DNA of 46,029 bases, counting the filler, from Jimgerdemannia flammicorona (Eukaryota), in assembly GCA_003990765.1 (NCBI GenBank). It is 2 parts of 2 records of this genome, joined end to end, with 100 filler letters (N's around TTAATTAATTAA, not from the genome) between each part and the next. Parts side by side here need not be neighbours in the genome. Positions count along the whole stretch, not along the records: positions 23,068 to 46,029 come from RBNJ01001177.1; 1 more part is not named here. One strand, given 5' to 3'. Below, one piece after another: positions 37,418-46,029 of this stretch. Every line of letters begins with the position of its first letter. The stretch's first letter is position 1. The notes beneath the pieces were generated by a model. That model had not been told where the DNA came from. It ran no database searches and saw only the letters and a list, made by a program, of their open reading frames with translations. Position numbers and translations under genes: made by a program.

Positions 37418-40220
37418 TCACCACTCCACCACCACCACAGTATGTATCTCCACTTTCTCTAGCTCCACATCCACATACCCCTCTTTCATCTTAAACTCCA
37501 CCTCCTCTTCCTCCGGAGCCAGATATACCCTCCTCGGCAGCCCCCACCCCTCCGCATCCAATAATCGGAATCCTACCCCGGTCACACTCCATCCCTGATC
37601 CACATGCGGCTTCGATTGCCACGTCCGGCGCGGATGGTATGCCACGATGTGCACGATCTTGCGCTTGCACGTACCCAACACCTGCACATGCAAACTGAAC
37701 TCCATCCATCCAGGCGCCCGCGGCACGATCAACCTGCGCGGCATCCAGTCCTCCAACGCCGCCAGCACGATATCGCGGTAGCACCAGTAGTCGTTCCGCA
37801 TGAAGCTTCCCAGAAGCGGTGCCGCGAAGTACAGCACGGATGGATCGCGGACCACGATCGGCGAGCCAAGCGAGTCTCCAACGGGTGCATGCGCGTGCGA
37901 GGTCAGGTGCTTCCAGGTGCGGTTGAAGAGCGCCTGGCTGAGGGTGCCAAAAGATTCGGCGGTACTAGTGGTGGGCTCGACAACGTGCGCCGTGTCGTAG
38001 AAGACGTAGTCATAGTCGCATGAGAGCTCCGAGCTCGGGAGCCGCGTCAGGAATGTGTCCAGCCGCAAGTAGCTTGGCGTCGTCGGCGCCGGCGAGACGT
38101 ACCGGACGGGGACGGCAGGGATGTCGTTCTTGACCGCTGTGCCGCTCAGGATCAGCTTGCCCCCCCGAGCGATAAACTCGGTGATCCGGTCTCTCAGGTC
38201 GTCGCTGATCAGCGACCCATCTGAAAGGACCAGCATCTTGTACTTATCCGCAATGGGAGTCGTCGCCTCGATGACGTCGAACTGTACTCCCCTCTCCAGG
38301 AACATCTGTGCCGCTCCATTCAGGTCCGAAAAATGAGCCGAATTATACTTGTCCCAGTCCTTCCCCGCCGGATCCATGTTTCCGACGGCCAACAAAGCCA
38401 CCTCCGCCTCGGTGACCGCGCCGTTCAGCCACGGTTCCAGAGACTCGATCTTACCGAAGCATTTGCCGATCAGCGTGTACACCGCTGGGTCTAGGACCCC
38501 GTGAGGGTGCAGCTGATCGCCGACGGAGATGAGGCCGCCAGCTGCCACAATCGTGCCGACCTCATATTCGAGTTGGTGGCTTGTTTTGATACCGCCGAAG
38601 TCGCCCCACGCCTGGAGGTGGTGGGTTATGAGGATGCATATTAGATCATAAAAATGAGCGATGGGTGCAAGATGCAAAGGACGAACGAGAGCCAAGAATA
38701 TTAGCCTTGGGTCTCACTTTGTGAAAGCGACCGGTCATCCCGAGAAATAGATATTTTGTGGTTCGAGCCTGGCGGGACATCACGGCTGTATGTCGAGAAA
38801 ATACGGTTAGTCGCAGATTGCATAGAGAGGGACTAAACGTGTAGATTTTGAATTGCGGATGGATCATAAAGATCGAGAGAGACAATACTCACGATACCTC
38901 ATATAACCCTACACATTCGAATATTATGATGCGCGCAACTATTAGTAAACGGTCATTGATACAAATCAAAGCAAGCAACAAAAACACATTCAATATTATT
39001 ATTGAAAAGTGAATTATCACCCAACCACCAGTTGGCAGGCTGTATAGGAAGATTAGAAACATGGGGTTAAGCATACACATCATGGCGGATCTGACGATAC
39101 GACCTCCAAACCACTTTCACACTCAAGTCATATGAAACCCTCGTTTCATTACACCTTATTATTATCATTTTTTCTGAAAACATAAAAACCGGAAACGACG
39201 GCATACCTCTCAATCTCCAAATGAGTTTGGTATGGCAGCATTAAATTCAACGTGGGCTTCACCGAGGAATTATAAAATATACTCGCATCCGGCCTCGCCT
39301 TTAACACCACATCCGACAGCCTCTTCACATACGCGTAATACTTCACACGCACATACTCCCACACCGCCCCATCGTTGTCGATCTCGACTCCCTCGGAGCG
39401 CATCCTCGCCTGGCTCATCGCCGAGTAGTTTGTCTGCGGTGCGCAGATGTCGAAGAAAAACCCGTCGACGGCGTCGCCATACATGTCCAGGATCTCGCGC
39501 ACCTGCGACACCAGGTACTCGCCGTACCCTGTGAGCACGTCCACGTGCGCCCAGCCGAACATGGCTGTAAGAGGGGGGCGGATCTTGGCGATGCCGGATT
39601 TCTCGACGACCACCCATTCGGAGTGGATTTCGCCTGACAGGCGGGGTTTAGATGTAAGGTGGGGGTTAGATGTAAGGTGGGTTTGGCGACTCTGGACGTG
39701 TTAGGGAACGAAGAAATGAATAGGCAAAACTCACCAGCATAATCATCCCAGTTCATGGTCAGATAGATTGGGGCTCTTGCTCCCACTGAGTGCAATGCCT
39801 CAATCTGAGCGCCGAGAAGATCGAAGTCGAGATAAGGGTGCATTTTGCCAAACTTTGTGGGATAGTAGCTATATATCCACGAGGATCGATGTGAACACCA
39901 TAAATGTTCAAATTCTCACAAATCGCGCTTTACAAAGCAATCTTCACACATACCTGAAGCCATGATGACTGTTAACCAGCAAACAATTGTATTACATCAC
40001 TATGTTATTGGTAGGAATAAACACGAAGCACACACATCGGCGCCCAAAATTGCCCATACCACTTTGCGAAAACTGTCATCGAGTTGATATGCGCGTTTTT
40101 GACCGTCTGGGCAAAGGTCTCCTTGTCAAAATCCCGACCAACGTTTTCGCACGTAGGCCCGGTGTGGAAATCCAGGTGGACCTGTCGACGACATTTGGCA
40201 AAGGGGATGGAAGGTCGCAT
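37418..40220 (-). CDS. GH151-like alpha-L-fucosidase (GHL6-type TIM barrel plus beta-galactosidase trimerisation-like domain), about 677 aa, 8 exons: 40220-40060, 39968-39954, 39868-39735, 39633-39207, 39039-39021, 38908-38893, 38785-38718, 38611-37418
   Basis: Spliced motifs RQVHLDFHT, FAKCHHGFSYYPT, DLLGAQIEALH, DGFFFDI, HLEIESLPTGGWGY, GMTGRFHKAWGDFGG, SVGDQLHPHG. All introns are GT-AG; exons total 2034 nt and stay in frame. Confidence 0.87.
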
Positions 40221-41226
40221 TATTCTCTGTCAAGAAAGACGCAGGGTGAGAAACTCTCGTCCGAAACGTGACTGCTCCACACACGAATTTAGGTTGTAGG
40301 TGTCATAAAGTTTAATCAATACATTTCCTGTATATACCATTGCTGTATACCGAAAGAAGCATAATGCAAATGAAAGTCAGAAGCAACCATCTTGAGTGAT
40401 ATTATTATGTCGAGGATACTCCATACGGATTGATCTAGACCAATAAGAAAAATGGTCTCCAGAATATCTAGACTCCAGAAAACGTCTTCCAGAAATATAT
40501 AACAGTACCTTAAACAAGTGTCCTCTTACAACTTGGTAGTGGCAGTCTTACTATCCAAAATACCACTTCAAGATGCTTCCTCACCCCTGCTACACTTCTG
40601 AAAACCATTCTGAAAATTTCTAACAAGTTGGTATAGAGCCCAACCACTGAAGTGGAATTTTACTAGAACTTTCTAATAACTTAAAATAAATTGTATCTGA
40701 AATCTAAGGAAGACTAGATCTCTATATCTACTGTTAGTGGAAAAAGAATAAATCCCTTGACAATATCCAGCAACTGAACAACTATATAGGAGAACTCCTA
40801 TTTACTAAACTTCTAAAACAAAATCCTAACTGTAATAATGAAGAAAGACTTATAAATTACTTCTTTAGATTTATTAGCTAAAACTTTATAAACTCTAAGA
40901 ATATAACCAACTTTGCTCTTTCATCTACTACCTTTCTGGACAAAGTTCCCTATATCTTTAAAGCTAGTATAGCTTAGTGGTTAAATTTTACTGAATTTTA
41001 CCAATCTAGAACTCAGATCTTCTTCTATATATTTCTAATTTTATAATTAAAAAGTCTACTATATATAGAATAATAAAAAAGAATTATTCAGAAATCTCAA
41101 TACTAAACTAGAGTCAGAAGTAAGCTCTATAACAATTAATTCAGAATAAGATCTAGCTACTAAATCAGAACCAGATATTGAAAAAGCTTTTAATTTAGAC
41201 TAATTTAAATTCTACTTTACAATAGA

Positions 41227-41555
41227 TAGTATTTTAAATAAATTAAATTAATTTAAATTAAATTAAATTGAGAATTTTTCAATTTAAATTGGGTCTGATT
41301 TAATTAAATTTTTATCTTAACTTCAAAATACAATAACTTAATAAAAATATATCCAAATTTAATATTCTTTATTATATTATATTTACTATAATAAGGTATA
41401 TTTAACAAACTAAAATTTATTAAATTTAGATATATTTTGATCAAGTTATTGAATTTTGAAAAATTAGATTTAAATTGAACTTTAAATGAAATTAGATCTC
41501 AATTCAAATTGAATTATAATTAAATTTGATTTGATTCAATTTATTCTAAGTACTA
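41227..41555. mobile_element. Second foldback MITE (329 bp)
   Basis: tagtattttaaataaatt...aatttattctaagtacta; flanks acaataga / gtaataga, both one transition from gcaataga. Confidence 0.75.
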
Positions 41556-41904
41556 GTAATAGATACTATTTATTTTAATATTAAAGCAACTTAGATAGAA
41601 GATTAAAACTAAGACTAAGAAGATAAAGAAAATCTTTTAGAGAATTAACTCTATATAACTATAATATTAAAATAGATAATATCTTTTCAAGATAATAAAT
41701 ATGTATCTATAAAATAAACTATAATTATATATTAGACTATCTCTCTAGACCCTTAATAGTTATTATAATAACTAGCTTAAAGAACTTCTACTCATTTAAT
41801 ATGTATCTGATCTATAAACTATACTAGTAATCTCAGTATAATTAATAGTAATACTAGTATCTAAACCACAACTACTAGTAGTTAATATAGTAATAGATAA
41901 CTAG

Positions 41905-43442
41905 TATAACGGTGACTCCGGAATGATGATATCAGCACAGAAGACAGCCTTTCCTTACAAGCCACCAGATCGAAGCACAAGAAGATCATACGGCATACGA
42001 GATGAGTAATAATGACCAACTGTGAGTCATTGTGACCACAGCACAAGCATCCTGAAGAATATAAAAGAAGGATCAAGGAACCACAGTAGCAGTAACCAAC
42101 AAGAACCACCAATCCCAAAATAGCTCAAAGACTTACCACAAATAAAATACCTACTGCCCACCAAACCTCAAGGTCAAGGAACCATTAAGGAATCTCGGTT
42201 GAAGAAAGGATGTTCCAAGACATCAGAAGAGCCATGCAGACCCGCTCAAGAAGGACTCCTAGTGTCAACCTGGGTACTGCAGACCCCTATCACTTCATCC
42301 TCTACTGCCGTGAAATGGAAACAAGGATCACCATCACCACCAAATGCCTCCAAATGTAGCAGGAGTACGAAATAGGAAACCTCCTCTGCCGGGAGTTCCC
42401 ACAGGCCAGCACCCAAGAGCTACAAGATGCCACTCCCATGGATATACGTGAAACGAGGACAGCTAAGAAGATCCATCAGATCTTCAGGCATGCACCATGG
42501 TCGATTCCCAACTTGGAGTATATTAGAGTCTCAGATTTCAGAGACCTGTCATCTCGCCGCATCAATGCACTAGAAGCCAGGGTGGCTACAGAAGCCCAGT
42601 CCACTATCACCCTCAACAGTGAAGAAGTAGAAGACTTCTGGCACCCCATCCTTCAGGACAACCCAGACCAATTCCTGCAAGGATTGATCTCAGTATTCCA
42701 AGGCCTAAACATCTGAGTTAGATTCCCCCAAGACCCCACATTTGTCCCCTATTTTGTGGAAGAGAACCTCATAGATTGGAGAGCTCCAAATCTTGTCCCC
42801 GATTTCCCCGCCGAATGTGATGACGTCATCGGCGATGACATCATCCCGCACGACATACCCGAGGTATGCGAGACGCGCGACCTGTATGATGAATTCGTGG
42901 ATCTCATCTCCTTCAGTGATGATGATGATGATGAAGCCCCCATGGTCCTGAACTTTCTGCTCTAAGTTCTTTGTTACACTGGATAATACCAGCACCGGTA
43001 TTCTCATGTAACACCAGATAATACCAGCACCGGTATTCTGAGGTGACGCGAAATTGTTCCAGCACCGGCATTTTGATGTAACACTGGATAATGCCAGCAT
43101 TCTAAACCTGTACAACCAACAATACTAGCCCTGGAACTTAGTAGTTTTAGTTATTGGAATTTATATTTAGCTTTATATCTTAGCAACCATTAAATTATAT
43201 TTTGTATAAATACCCCTCTTATTTCCTCTGAAATAAAGTCAGTCTTCTCAGTGCAATATACATACTTCCTTGCAAGCAATCTAAGAGATAACAAGACAGT
43301 TAAAGATAAGAAGTTTGAGAACTATAAGACCTTGGGAAGGCACTCCAATAAGAACTTGCTTATAACAACTTGAGTTAGTCTAAGAGATACACCTTGAAGA
43401 GAATCTGGCATATTTGAAGGACTCAGCGACCACTACGTGATA
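41905..43442 (+). mobile_element. Solo-LTR-like element (1538 bp) with an internal ORF, copy 1
   Basis: Ends tataac...gtgata (TG...CA mutated); flanked by ctag (41901-41904, 43443-43446); host sequence resumes colinearly; TATA at about 43204, AATAAA at about 43232. Confidence 0.8.
42147..42965 (+). pseudogene. Unknown LTR-internal ORF, copy 1
   Basis: ORFs 42438-42716 and 42756-42965 share one frame; its internal stops are sense codons in copy 2; start is ATA here and ATG in copy 2. Confidence 0.7.
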
Positions 43443-44330
43443 CTAGATATAGACTCTTATAGTATATATATATATCTATAATAGTTATAATAATTACTCA
43501 GCTAACTAAATAGATAAGCTAACTAAAAGCTTAAGTCTCTCAATCTTTCATAGTATCTTTCAGAAAATCATTAGTTTTATTAATATTAAAAATACTAACT
43601 TCAAAGCCAATTAATAAATAAATAAAAGAATCTCAGATTACTTTCTAATAAATAATTAAGACCATATCCTTAAATAATCTTTTATTATAACTATATCTAA
43701 TATTTACTGAGTTATATATTATATTTTTTAGAGATTTAACTAAAGAATAGTAGTAAACTCTTTTAGACAAATATCTTATATAGAATATTTATCTAGTAGT
43801 AGTTGTTTAAGTTAGACAAAATAACTAATCTAGTTATATAAGATAACTAAGAAATATTTATATTATATTTAATAAATCTTACAGAAGTTGAAAAAATATA
43901 CTGTTTATCAAATTAAAGAAATATAAGTTTACTGAAATTGAAATTTTCTATCTAGAATATATTATTAATTAGACTAAAACTCATAAACTCTATCAAAATT
44001 CAGACTATAACAGCTTATCTAAGACTTACTATAGCTATATATAAAGCCAGAGTCTTTATAGAACTTATTACTTACTATAGAAGATTTATCAAAATTCTCT
44101 AACATTGTAAGCTCTATCTATGATTAGTTCAGAAAAGATATTAAATTTAAATAAACTAATAAGTAATAATAAATATTTAATTAATCCAAATTAGATTGAT
44201 CTAGATATCTATCTTAAGAAGACCCAACTAATCTAAAGAATTTATTTTTCAGATAAATATAAGCTCAATTAGACTAGAAGTAGTTTTTATATATATAAAG
44301 AAAAATAAAGTAGAATATATGATTATATAT

Positions 44331-45770
44331 TGTAACGGTGACCCCAGAATGATGACATCAGCACAGGAGACAGCCTTTCCTTGCAAGCCACCAGATCAGA
44401 GCACAAGAAGATCATACGGTATATGAGATGAGCAATGATGACCAACTGTGAGTCATTGTGACCACAGTACAAGCATCCTGAAGAATATAAAAGAAGGATC
44501 AAGGAACCACAGTAGCAGCAACCAACAAGAATCACCAATCCCAAAATAGCTCAAAGACTTACCACAAACAAAATGCCTGCTGCCTGCCAAACCTCAAGGT
44601 CAAGGAATCACCAAGGTATCTCAGTTGAGGAAAGGATGTTCCAAGACATCAGAAGAGCTATGGGGACCCACTCAAGAAGGACTCCTAGTGTCAACCTGGA
44701 TACTGCAGACCCTTATCACTTTATTCTCTACTACTATGAAATAGAAACAAGGATCACTATTGCTACTGAATACCTCCAAATGTGGCAGAAGTATGAAATA
44801 GGAAACCTCCTCTGCCGGGAGTTCCCACAGGCCAGTACCCAAGAGCTATAAGATGCCACTCCCATGGATATATATGAAACAAGGACAGCTAAGAAGATCT
44901 ATCAGATCTTCAGGCATGTACTATGGTCAATCCCCAACTTGGAGTATGTTAGAGTCTCAGACTTCAGAGACCTATCATTCTACCGTATTAATGCACTAGA
45001 AGCCAGGGTGGCTACAGAAGCCCAGTTCACTATCACCCTCAACAGCAAAGAAGTAGAAGACTTCTGGCACCCTATCCTTCAGGACAACCCAGACCAATTC
45101 CTGCAAGGATTGATCTCAGTATTCTAAGGCCCAAGTATCCAGGTTAGACCTCCCTAAGACCCCATATTTGTCCCCTATTTTGTGGAAGAGAACTTCATAG
45201 ACTGAAGAGCTCCAGATCTTGTTCCCGATTTCTCCACCACAGCTGAATGTGATGATGTCATCAGTGATGATGTCATCCCATGCAACATACCCGAAATATG
45301 CGAAACGTGCGACCTGCATAATGAATTTGTGGATCTTATCTCCTTCAGTGATGATGATGATGATGATGATGAAGCCCCCATAATCCTGAACTTTCTGCTC
45401 TAAGTTCTTTGTTACACTAGATAATACCAGCACTGGTATTCTGAGGTGATGCAAAATTGTTCCAGTACTGGCATTTTGATGTGACACTAAATAATGCCAG
45501 CATCCTGAACCTGTACAACCATCAGTGCCAGCCCTGGAACTTAGTAGTTTTAGTTATTAGAATTTATATTTAGCTTTATATCTTAGCAACCATTGAATTA
45601 TATTTTGTATAAATACCCCTTGTATTTCCTCTAAAATAAAGTCAGTTCCTCTTAGTACAATATACACACTTCCTTATAAGCAATCTAAGAGATAACAAGA
45701 CAGTTAAAGATAAGAAGTTTGAGGACTATAAGATCTTGGGAAGGCACTCTAATAAGAACTTGCTTACAAC
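44331..45770 (+). mobile_element. LTR-like element, copy 2, cut at its 3' end by a LINE
   Basis: Starts TGTAACGGTGAC; direct repeat of 41905-43367. Confidence 0.85.
44573..45403 (+). pseudogene. Unknown LTR-internal ORF, copy 2 (276 aa reconstructed)
   Basis: ATG 44573 to TAA 45403 in one frame; the four internal stops read CAA or TGG in copy 1. Confidence 0.7.
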
Positions 45771-46029
45771 ATCTTTCTCCGGTAACATTCAGGTTACACA
45801 AGACTCAGACAACACTTTCTACAACGTTTTTGGTGTCCAGCGACTAACAACATGGACGGCAATGATCGATCTGGTGAGTGTACTGGCCAGGGAGGTGGTG
45901 GCGCCTTTGGCTGGCAGCAGGTGGGGAGGAGGGGAGATGGTTTGGGGATGCCAGGGGCCTCGATGGCTAGCCGGGGCCCCAGCGGCGGGGGAAGGGGAGG
46001 TCTGAGGCAGAGAGGAGGGGAGAGGACAA
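45771..46029 (+). mobile_element. LINE 5' end (5' UTR and Gly-rich ORF1 start), continues beyond the window
   Basis: atctttctccggtaacattcaggttacacaa matches the 5' end at 21137(-); ATG 45852 gives MDGNDRSGECTGQGGGGAFGWQQVG. Confidence 0.85.

Larger units (their letters stand above)
40410..44330 (+). mobile_element. Old Gypsy remnant related to 4001-10421 (LTR end, PBS, gag, RT/RH relics), hosting a MITE and an LTR-like insertion
   Basis: 40410-40530 matches 5390-5514; PBS 40534; 40570-41900 and 43447-43800 follow 5550-6850; 43880-44300 retains YYRRFI-type RT relics. Confidence 0.78.

Noticed and set aside
38612..38695. N-terminus of the 425-aa ORF as an independent gene start
   Set aside because: It lies in intron 7 of the fucosidase-like gene.
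39643..39682. ggggt(t)tagatgtaaggt duplication resembling telomeric repeats
   Set aside because: Only two units, inside an intron, with no TTAGGG array.
42975..43105. CRISPR-like palindromic repeats
   Set aside because: Eukaryotic LTR context, no unique spacers, no cas genes.
41905..45770. The two 1.5-kb repeats as paired LTRs of a single small element
   Set aside because: Copy 1 has its own CTAG duplication. The DNA between the copies is far more decayed, continues the host Gypsy remnant, and shows no PBS or PPT.

Overview
Eukaryotic DNA, very probably fungal. Evidence: short GT-AG introns with CTAAC branch points, L1/Tx1-type LINEs and chromodomain Ty3/Gypsy elements; an early-diverging lineage such as Mucoromycota is an inference, not shown. 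About 80% of the window is a nested pile of CpG-depleted, transition-riddled transposons. These include at least five L1/Tx1-like LINE copies (one full-length with a 13-bp TSD), two bounded Ty3/Gypsy elements that both carry a dUTPase between Gag and protease, several older Gypsy remnants, two foldback MITEs with 8-bp TSDs, and two copies of a ~1.5-kb LTR-like element whose U3 region holds a reconstructable 276-aa unknown ORF. Two unmutated, CpG-rich gene islands hold three host genes: a 2-exon F-box/LRR gene, a type I membrane protein with a Thr-rich ectodomain, and an 8-exon GH151-like alpha-L-fucosidase gene with three micro-exons. The N/TTAATTAATTAA block at ~23 kb is an assembly join. All alignments and counts were done by eye.
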